From Fonticula alba ATCC 38817 (lineage: Eukaryota > Protista > Nucleariida), in the NCBI GenBank assembly GCA_000388065.2, contig KB932203.1: a stretch of 22,070 nt of DNA; one strand, 5' to 3'. Numbering within the stretch: the stretch's first letter is position 1; each line of letters starts with the position of its first letter. Positions 9,229 to 18,500 of this stretch are shown here, in pieces. A model generated the notes under the pieces. It had not been told where the DNA came from, did not search any database, and saw only the letters and a list, made by a program, of their open reading frames with translations. Made by a program: the position numbers and the translations under genes.

Positions 9229-10363
9229 CCTCTTCCACCATGCCGTTGTCTGTGTTTTGTTCTGACGCACGGCCAACCTGCATCCCTTGCCCATTCTTCC
9301 CCCCCCCCACCTGCAGCCAGTCGGCCAAGCAGCGCAATGGCCTGCGCCTGTACCAGACCTTCCGGTATCTGCTGGAGCATGGCCACATCGATCGGGCCCT
9401 GCTGCAGGAGCACCACGAGGAACTGATCCTCAGTAAGAAGCGCCCGGTCACCCTGGCCAAGATCAATCGCGACAACCGCGTGGTCCGGCGGAAGCTGGCC
9501 CTGGCCGGGTTCGACTCGCCAGCCACATTGGACTATCTCGGGGCCACCTTCCTGTCCTTCGCCCTGGGCGAGCCTCAGCCCCGGCCGGATGCCGACCTGG
9601 CGCGTGCCTTCGCCGAGCGCCCTCTGGATGTGGAACTCCTCGGGCCCGAGTCCGGGCCCCACAGCAAGACCACGGCCGCCGGGTCGGCCCAGCAGGTCGA
9701 CCACCGGGATATCTTCCAAATGGCCGGGTCCTACCTGCCCGAGACCAGCCAGGTGACCCTCTTTGGTGCCACGGTGCTGGATGCCCCGTCGCCCGTGCTT
9801 CCGGCCCCGGGCCCGGGGGGCGAGTCCCTCGACCAGCAGGGGCTCACCCTGGCAAGCCCCAGCGCCACGTTGAATTTGGAGCACTGCCTCGATGTGGACA
9901 TCGACATCCACTGCTCCTCTGGCTTCTATGTCCGGTCTCTGATCGAGTCGGTCGGCCGTTCCCTCGGGGTGCGTGGGATTTCCCGGCCTCCTGGCGCTTG
10001 GGCACGCCCTGCTTATGTCCACAGATCATATACATATATGTTTATATGTGTGTGTGTGTGTGTGTGTGTTTTTCTTCGCGTGTTTTGCCTTTGATCCTGA
10101 CACCCTGGATGTCTGTCCCTCTTCCCGCCCCCTCGCCGGGCTTGTGACTCTCCCCCCTTTTGCAGTGCGGCGCGCACATGGTTCAGCTTTGCCGGACATC
10201 GCAAGGACCCTTCGACCAGCGTGTCTCTCTCGACGTGCGTTGTTTTTCCCCTTCCCTGCCTCATGCGCCCGGCCTCCGCCGCGGTTTCGCGCGCTCTGAC
10301 AAAGTTGCATGCCCCGTCCAGTTGGCCAACCTCAAGTGGAAGGACCTGGACAGATTCCTCTGA
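8147..10363 (+). CDS. PUS4: TruB/Pus4-family tRNA pseudouridine(55) synthase with an N-terminal mitochondrial-type presequence (~553 aa, 4 exons)
   Basis: Inferred exons 8147-9045, 9317-9968, 10166-10234, 10322-10363 (1662 nt). TruB motifs in order: NGLFSLWKPPGLTS; RVGHGGTLDPLASGVLVVGVG (catalytic Asp); KSYVARLRLGVSTSTSDRDG; QTPPIQSAKQRNGLRLYQ; IHCSSGFYVRSLIESVGRSLG|CGAHMVQLCRTSQGPF. The family call is firm; PUS4 versus TRUB1/2 orthology and the last intron are less so. Confidence 0.88.
9146..9287 (+). repeat. Exact 50-bp direct repeat within intron 1 of the TruB gene
   Basis: CCATGCCGTTGTCTGTGTTTTGTTCTGACGCACGGCCAACCTGCATCCCT occurs at 9146-9195 and 9238-9287. Each copy follows a poly-C tract. 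Confidence 0.9.
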
Positions 10364-10985
10364 ATGCCCAGGCCCCCTGTCCGGCTCGAATAATACACCC
10401 CCCTTAGACGTCCGAATTTCGGCCCAGCCGGCGCGCCGGACAAGCACATGCAAGTGTAGGGAGGCATCCGTATGTGCCCGGGCGCCAGCGAGAAGGGCAC
10501 AGCGGGGGGCAGGTGAGGGCAGGGCCAAACGAAAGTCGGGCACGCGGAATCGCACGCCCGTGCGCATGCGCGCGTGAAAGGCGATCGGGGAGGGGCGGGA
10601 ACGATCGACCACCGTGGATCTGAGACTCCGGAACCCGGGGCGAGCCCGTGATCCCGCGATCACGCACTGTCCGGTGTTGGTTGGACGCTCCCCCCCCCCC
10701 CTGGGCGCATCGCCTCCCTGTCTGGCTCGCGCGCCCTCGGCTGGCGGGTCCCCTGCCGGCGGGGGCGCACTTCGCGAGTCTGGCCGCGCCGGCCAACGCC
10801 CGGGCAGGGAGGGGGGGCGAATGGGGGGACGCGCCCATTGCCGAGGATACAGATCGGCCACCCTTCCCCGGGACCGGGGTTGCACCGGGGTGGGACAGCT
10901 TTTTTCCCTCCCCTTCTCTCCCTGCCCCGTGCTCCTGTCTCATCCCTGTCTTTTCTTCCCGCTTCTGCCCGTCTTCCCGTTGACG

Positions 10986-11477
10986 ATGGCCTTTTTTCGC
11001 GCGCTCCTGGACAAGATCGACCCGCCCCTGGACTTCAAGGGGCAGCAGCTTGCTGAGCAAATCCAGTTCTGGGGGAGCGTCGTGGCAATGGTGTGTCCTT
11101 CTTGCCCTTTCCGCTGCTCCCTCGGCCTGCCTCTCCTTCTCTCTCTCTCTCTCTCTCTATGTCTTTCTCCCGACCAGAGGGCCTGGATGCTGACCTCCTG
11201 GCCAATGGCCGACATCTTGGCTTCCCTCTGCCATGTGCATGCCTGTCTTCTGCGTGCCCTCTCCGCAGACCCTCACCGTGGTGTACACCTTGGTCACGGG
11301 GAAATTCATCCCCGACGCCTTCTACCTGTTTCTCGCCTGCTTTGGCCTCCTGGCCGTGGTGCGTGCACATGCTCTCGCCCGTGCTGCGCTTGCTTGTCCT
11401 CCCGTCCCTCGCAGCCGGTGTACCTGCCCGCTGACGCCAGTGTCCCACTCTCACTCCTGACACCACTACCGCTGCCA

Positions 11478-11552
<75 letters not shown>

Positions 11553-11724
11553 AAAGATCACCGTCCCCTCGTGGCCCTTCTTCCGGAAGAACCCCATCCC
11601 TTGGGCCGCGAGCGAGGGAGCCTCTGGCGCTGGCTCCGAGGAGGAGGCTCGCCCGATCGAGGACACCGCCGTCTCGTCAACCGTCGAGACAGCCACCTCG
11701 GGCGTCACCGTCGCCAGACGCTGA
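10986..11724 (+). CDS. SPCS1: Signal peptidase complex subunit 1 (SPC12/Spc1; ~120 aa, 3 exons)
   Basis: Inferred exons 10986-11090, 11269-11358, 11557-11724, all phase 0. The product has LDFKGQQLAEQ, two hydrophobic segments, then ITVPSWPFFRKNPIPW. This matches the SPC12 signature MDYKGQKLAEQ...LTLPPWPIYRRHPLKW as I recall it. Confidence 0.92.
11481..11552 (+). repeat. (CCG)24 trinucleotide microsatellite in SPCS1 intron 2
   Basis: 72 uninterrupted nt of CCG, followed directly by the AAAG acceptor. Confidence 0.95.
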
Positions 11725-11961
11725 GGGAGGAAATAGACTGGGCCCTTTGCTTTGATTGCTTTTCTTTTGTCTGGTGTCGGCCTCCCTCGCGCACGCCCGC
11801 GCGCTCGCGCGCCTTCACCCATGCCTCAATGTTTCACATGCTCACGGGCGGAGCAATCTCCGTTTTTCGTCGGGGACAGGGACGTGGGGCACTCGTTCCA
11901 GACCAGGAACCATATGTCGCAAGTATGTATTCCCCCGTGAGGGAGCCCTCCCCATACCGTC

Positions 11962-12034
11962 GGGGGCGTAGCTCAAATGGTAGAGCGGCCGCTTAGCATG
12001 CGGCAGGCAGGGGGATCGATACCCTCCGCCTCCA
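11962..12034 (+). tRNA. tRNA-Ala-AGC: tRNA-Ala (anticodon AGC), 73 nt, intronless
   Basis: Acceptor stem GGGGGCG/CGCCTCC+A with the G3:U70 Ala identity pair. D-arm GCTC-AAATGGTA-GAGC. Anticodon arm GCCGC-TTAGCAT-GCGGC. T-arm GGGGG-ATCGATA-CCCTC. The A54 T-loop is typical of eukaryotic tRNA-Ala(AGC). Confidence 0.98.
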
Positions 12035-12041
12035 TTTTTTT
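12035..12041 (+). terminator. RNA polymerase III oligo-T terminator
   Basis: T7 immediately after the discriminator A73. Confidence 0.9.
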
Positions 12042-12310
12042 GACACTTCCCCCAACTGGCCGCAGTCCCCGGTTCGACGTTCCCGCCATTTTCCGCCCCC
12101 CCCCCGACCCGCCCCTGGACTAAGGACAGAGGAGGTTTATTTTTTCCGAGCGCGGCCTGGCCCGTGCCCCGCTCGCCGTGGCGGGAACTAGCCCCCTCTC
12201 CTTCTTCCTCCCCCCCCCCTGCCCTTTTCCTGTTCCCTGGCCTGTCCGTCCGATCCGCCTGCCTTCCCATTTTCTGTGCCCCCCTCCTCTCTCTCGCTCT
12301 CGCTCTCCCT

Positions 12311-12349
<39 letters not shown>

Positions 12350-12433
12350 TGCTGCGGTCTCGCCACGGTCCTGCGCCCCGCGCCTGCTCTGCGGCCGACA
12401 GAAGTCTGCCCGTCTGTGCGCCCCTCGCCCCTC

Positions 12434-12513
12434 GTACGCGTTTGACGCGCCACCCCCCCGCGCCCCTCTGACTTGCCCGCCGCCTGTGCCCCATTCGCAG
12501 GATGTCCTGCTAG
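12434..12513 (+). promoter_or_regulatory. Probable 5'-UTR intron (12434-12500) followed by a 3-codon uORF (ATG TCC TGC TAG, 12502-12513) upstream of the kinase start
   Basis: Donor GTACGC, branch-like CTGAC and acceptor CGCAG are all present. The uORF ends 10 nt before the ATG at 12524. Confidence 0.55.
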
Positions 12514-12523
12514 CTGTCTTGCC

Positions 12524-15500
12524 ATGGGAGGAACACACTCAAGGCCACCGGGGTCCCTTCTCCGTACGCACTTCGCCATCTGCCCCTGGTCGTTTGCCCC
12601 CAGCTGGCGTACTCACCATGCATGGGTTCCCCTGCCTCGCGGTCCGCCCCCCCCCCCTTCTCGCATCTGCCAGCCTCGGAGCGCAGCTCCTGGAGGCAGC
12701 GGCACAAGGCGAGTGTGACCTCGGCTCTCGGTGACGCCCACACCCTGGTGTCCTACCTCACAGCCGGGACGCTGCCGCTCTTTGCCGGACGCTGCCTGGC
12801 CCCCCTGGCACAGGACCTCACCATCCAGGAGCCCTCCGTCTATGAGGCCCACCACTGCATCATCTCGGCCGTCCTGTATGTCCTTTGCTCGCCCTGCCCA
12901 GCCCTCTCCCCCTCGCTCTTTTTCTCCGTAGACCCCCCCCTCCCGCGGCTCGGCGGCTGACCTGCTTCGCACAGTGACACGGACATCACCTTTCTGGAGC
13001 GCGCGGCCAAGGGGTTCCCCCTGCAATATTCGGACCCCGATGTGGTGGGGCACCTGTTCCCCCCGGTGGAGGGCCCCCCCCTGCCGGCGTCGACCGCCCT
13101 CCCGCCCATGCGCCATCCCCAGGAGCTGATCTTCGGCTTCGCCCCCTTGCACATCGCCATCGCCCAGTGGTGGGTGGCTGTGCGTGGGCTCTTCTTGGAT
13201 GGCACCCCGCCCGCCAGCCTCCTGGGTGCGCCCTGCTCCCCCGCCCCCCCCCCCCCCCCGCGAACGCGCTCACGGCAGTTCGCCCTCCAGTGCCTGGAAC
13301 AATCAACATCCCCCACCGCCTCCCTGTCCGGCTTCCCGGCGGGCCCCGGTCGTGAGCGACCTGCACAACCCNNNNNNNNNNNNNNNNNNNNNNNNNNNNN
13401 NNNNNNNNNNNNNNNNNNNNNNNNNNNNNNNNNNNNNNNNNNNNNNNNNNNNNNNNNNNNNNNNNNNNNNNNNNNNNNNCCCCCCACACACACACACGCA
13501 CACACGCGCACACGCCCTCGCCCCACCATCCGACCATGCGGCGTCTCATCTCTGCACCCTGTTGACCCTGTTCCCACCCTGCTGGTCTGTCTGCTTCCCT
13601 CGCCTGGTCTTCTCAGATCCCTGTGTGCCGGCACTCCAGCCCTCGGAGGGCCTCATTCAGATGCTCCTGTCGCAAAAGCACTCCCTGCGCGGGCGGACTG
13701 CCCGTGGATCGACATCTCTCCACCATCTGGTGCTGTGGCTGGTGGATGCCGAGCTTCACTGGCCGAACGCCGAGGCCTTTCTGGTGCGAGGCCGCTGGAG
13801 TGTCCTTGCGCCCCATTCTTTGCATCTCTTTACAACTGCCTGACCCCCTCGCCCTCCGCCTCTCTCCCCATATCTATGGACGTCCACCCCCCCCCCCCCC
13901 CCACACACACATGCATATATTCAGGCCCACATCATGAGCCGCTTCCTATTCCTCCTGGCCGCAGCACCGGCCTTCAGTCGGGACCGGCTGTCGTCTCGAA
14001 TCCAGTGCTGCCTGCCGCAGCTGATCATAAGCTCGGTCCGGTGTTCCAACGGCCTGACAGCCCCGCAGCTCGCCGTGGCGCTCCATCGGTTCTTCCCTGG
14101 GCCCGGGCTCGCCGGGCCGACGGCCTCCGACTTTGCGGCTTCCCCCATTCACCAGCACCTACCACCCGGATCGGGGGCCTATGCGTGGGCCGAGCCCCAG
14201 CCGGTCCCCTCCGGTGCTGTCAGCGCCGCGCGGCCCTTCTCGGCCCCGGAGATGGCCTGCCTGCGTCTGCTCCTGCTGTCGCTGCCCACCCCCCCGCCGG
14301 AGTGTACCTGCCAGCCGGATCGCCACCGCCAGCACTCGGCCCCTTCACATGCGCCGAATTGCCCGGCGTTACTGCCCCCGGCTCCGGCGTACTGGTCCTG
14401 TCAGGCGGGCCTGCTCGGGACCCTGGCCTTCGGGGCCCGGCAGTTTGACCCGGTGCTCCACCTGGCCGAGGAGGTCCTCCCGGGGGACTTGCGCCTGGAT
14501 CCGGACCAGCTCGACGCCTGTGGCAGCGGGGTGCTCCTGCACACGCGCGACGCGGCTCGCATGCGTCTGGGCCAATTCGCCGCCGAGTACGGCGCCACCG
14601 GGGTGCGTGCACATCCGGCCCCTTTCGCTCGCCGCTTGCCTTGGTCGTGTACTGACCCGGTGTTGGACTGGCATGCCCTCGCGGCCGGATGTGTCTGTCT
14701 CATGCCCTTGCCCCCGGGCTCCGTCCCCTCGCTGTGCTCCCCTCCGGCGCGGCTTGGCCGGGCTCGCGCCAAATCCCCAGCTCATGGCCGCCCTGTCGGT
14801 CCTCGAGCTCGGGACCGGAGGGGGGCCCCTCCCGACCGCTGACGATCGGTACCCGCCGTTGCACCTGTCGCTGAGTCGCGGGGATGCCGCCACCGCGGAG
14901 GCCCTCGTGCTGGGCCCCGGGCTGGATGTCGGGCTGCCGGTGGTCGGCCCGACCCTCGCGCGACTCCTGCTCCAACCGGACGCCGAGGGAAACAATGCCT
15001 TGCATTTGGCCGCCCGGCGGGCGGACCCGGTGCTCCTGCGGCGCCTATTGCTGGACCTGCTGACGGGGGGCGAGCGCGAGGCGGACCTGTGCTCGAACAT
15101 CGCGGCCCCGGCGGCCCTGCTTCACATGCGTGCAGCTCTGGATGCCCTGGCCGCGGGGCTGCTGGCTACCAACCACCTCGGTGACACGCCCCTCCATGTG
15201 TGTCTCTACGCTCCGTGCGCGGTGGCCTCCCTCGAGGCCGGGGCCCAGGCCGCGCGCCTGCTCCTGGCCTGCCTCAACTGCCTGGCGCTGGTGGCCTGTG
15301 CACCGCCGGACACCGGCGGGCCTTCGCAGCCTCTGATTCCCGGCCCGGAGGGCATGCCGGCTCTGGGCCAGGCTCTGCTGGGCGGCGGCCTGGATCCGGA
15401 GCCCGTGCGCTGGGTCTTCGCGCGTCTGCTGCAGATCGCCTGCTCTCCCGGGCCCCTGCCGCCAGGCCTCCTGTACCCGACGCCGATCGGTACGCTCCTC

Positions 15501-18500
15501 TTGCCGACGATCCCAGCCACGGCCGACGCCTCCGCTGCCTCTTTGCCACCACCGCTCATGTGCCTTACGCCGGTCCCCCCNNNNNNNNNNNNNNNNNNNN
15601 NNNNNNNNNNNNNNNNNNNNNNNNNNNNCCCCCCCCCCATCCCCTGGTCGCACACGGAATCAGGCTCGCCGGCGGACACCCTGCCGGCCTTTGTGAATGT
15701 GCTGTCTGGGGAAAACCGCCTGGGTGACACGCTGCTGCACGCGCTCTTCCGCGGCCCGGCCCCGGTGTCGGCCCTGCCCTTTGTGCCGGCCGGGGCCGGG
15801 CGCTTTGTCAACCTCTTCCCTGCCACCCCGGGCACAAGTGCCACCTCCAGTCCCACTTCCACCGAGGCCGGCGGTCTGCCAGTGCGATCGGGGTCCGACG
15901 GTGCCCGCGTCCAGGCCCCCCGGCCCGGGGTCGACGGCCAGTGGAACTTCCAGGCCGAGCCGCCCGGCAGCCGACCCGGGGTCCCGGCTCCGGCCCCAGG
16001 CTCGGACGCGGCCATCCTCGCGGCCATGGACGATCCGGTGCTGGTGGACGCAATGCTGGCACATGCGTCAGCGACCTTTGTCCTGACGGACCACACGGCT
16101 CCGGCCGTGGCCCCCGGCCGGGGGTCCGAGGTCCCGTGGCTGGGCGGCCTCACGGCCGCCGTGCGGTGGCCCTCCGCGGCGGACATCGCGACGGCAGCCG
16201 CCGCCGCCGCCGCCGCCGCCACTGCCGCCACCGCCGCACCCGGTGGCAGCCATGACAATGCCAGCCAGTCCGGCGCCGGGCCATTGGTCTCGGCGGCCGG
16301 GGTGCTTGGGCAACTGCTGGCCCGGCTGGGCCAGGCGCCGGAGGCGCTGGCCGCCCGGGCCCTGACCTTCCCCAGCCGCAGTAGCCCCGCCCGGATGACA
16401 GTCACCTGCCTGCTGCTGAGCGAGGCCAATCGCTTCCGCGGGGAGCTGGCCGTTGCACTATTCCGTCGCGCCGGCTGGGAGCCCCGGGCTCCGGTGTTCG
16501 AGCAGCTGCTGGATCTGGTCCCCTGGCTGGCGGTCAGCCTGTCTACCTCGCTCGAGGGCAGCCTCTCTTCCTCGATGCTGGGCGCGCCGGCGGCGGCGGC
16601 GGCGGCCCCCACCCATGGCGATGGCGCTGATGGCCCGACGGCAGCCGGCGACATGCCGGCTCCTGGACAGCAGGTGCTGGACACCTTCACCGGACAGAGC
16701 ATGCTCGCGGCTGCCTGCCGGCAGGTGGTCGACCGGTTCCCGGCGCCGCCGCCGCTGCCACCGGTCCCGGCGCCGCTAGGCCCCTCCGACCCGGCGGGAT
16801 TCTCCCCGGACCCGGGCATGCTGGCGCTGCTGGCCGATGGGCGGACGCACTATCGCCGAGCGGTGGCGTGGATCTTGCACGCGGCCTTGGCCCCTCTCGG
16901 GGTCTCCCTGGCCGGGGTGGCCACACAGTTGGACCGGGCTCTGGAGGAGCGCCGGCCGGTCGGGCCCCCGCGTCGTCCCCGGGCCACGGTCCTCGGCTCG
17001 CTGGACAGCTATGCGCTGTCTCGCTTGCATTCCGCGATCCTGGGTGCGTCTGGCCCCCTGGCACATGCTGGCTCTTCTGTCCCCGCGCGCCCTCCGCCGC
17101 GCCCTTCCTCCGCCTGCCTTTATTTCGCTCTGCCCGCCGGCCGGCGACACTTACCCCCTGTGCCGCCCCTTTGTCCATGCGCATCCTCGATGGCTCTTCT
17201 CCACTCCCCCCCCCCTCTCTCTCTCTCTCTCCCCCTGTGTGTGCATCTGACCCTGGTCCGTAGAAAAGCTGGAAATCATCCAGCTGAAGTCTGCCCTGGT
17301 GGGCGTCAAGCAGGTCGGCGTCAAGGATCTTGAGATCCTGGAACAAATCGGCGAAGGTGCGTCGGTCCCCCCGGGGCGTTCCCCCCCCCCCCCCTCGCCT
17401 GCCCGTCAGGAGGAATTCGAATTGCTGACACCCCCCTCCCCCCTCCGCCTTCGAAATAGGGTCCTTCTGCAAGGTGTTCCTCGGGGTGTACAAGCAGCGT
17501 GCCAACATCGCCGTCAAGCAGGTGGCCGTGGTGGAGTCCTTCTTCCGGGCCGACACGCGGGATGAGCCACCCAAGTGCCCCGGACTGCTGAGCCTCAGCG
17601 GGGATACGTGCCTCGGCGTGCCGGATGGTGGCAGCCCCGGCGGTGTGGTGGCCCCCTCGGCCGGCGATGCCTTCCCCTGGCCGGCGCACTTCCGGGCGGT
17701 CGGCATCGCGGCGGCCGAGGCGCTGGACGCCCGGCTGGCCCGGCACCGTGCCCAGGCCGGCCGTGGCCCGGCCCTCCTGGCAGCCGAGGGGTTCTCCCCC
17801 CCGCACCACCAGCATCCGCCGCAATGGCAGCAGCTCCATCACCACCCCCACCAGCAGCAGCAGCATCATCACCATCATCACCATCACGCCGGGCATGAGG
17901 AGCAAAGCTGGGTCCTGGTCCCGGCCCCAGGGGCCGCGCTGCTGGCGGCCCTCCGGCCGCGGGACTTCCCCCACCTGTCGGCGGCCCCGGTGGATGTACT
18001 GTTCGGGCCGGCGGCCGACCTGGCCACGGGCGCCCCCGGCGGGTCGGGCCGGTGTGCGCGCCTGCCCGACCCGTCGACCGGGCGCCTGCTGGCGGCGGTG
18101 CTGCCCCCGGCGCGGGCCCTGCGCCCGGAGTCCGAAGTCCTGCGTCTGTGTCGCGAGGCGCGCATCCTCAGCCAGCTCTCGCACCCGAATATCATCCGCT
18201 TCCTCGGGGTCCATGTGAAGCCGCACCCGGTGGTCCTGTCCTCTCAGTCAACGCTGGACAATTACCACCGGTTCGGTGGGTCCGGCAAGATGGGCGCCGT
18301 CATGGAGGCGCACCACCACCACCACCATGACTCGTGGCACCACGATCCGTACTCCCTGCACAGTCCGTCCGACAGCCTGCTGGACCTGCCGCTGTGCGTT
18401 CCGTCTCCCTCGCTCGCGCGCGCGCGCCCTCCCTCCCTCTCTCCCCCTCTCCCCCTCTCTGACTCGCTTCATCCCACCGTGCCCCTGCCTCCCTCCGCTG

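Noticed and set aside
8147-12034. Proximity of a tRNA-modifying enzyme gene to a tRNA gene as a functional cluster
   Set aside because: They are separated by the unrelated SPCS1 gene, and the enzyme acts on most tRNAs in trans. Chance adjacency is sufficient.
12066-12082. GGTTCGACGT downstream of the tRNA, resembling a second B-box or tRNA remnant
   Set aside because: It is an imperfect B-box with no pairing T-stem, cloverleaf or A-box.
7455-15628. In-frame X-runs in several track ORFs
   Set aside because: They are assembly gaps at homopolymers in non-coding or intronic DNA and carry no biological signal.
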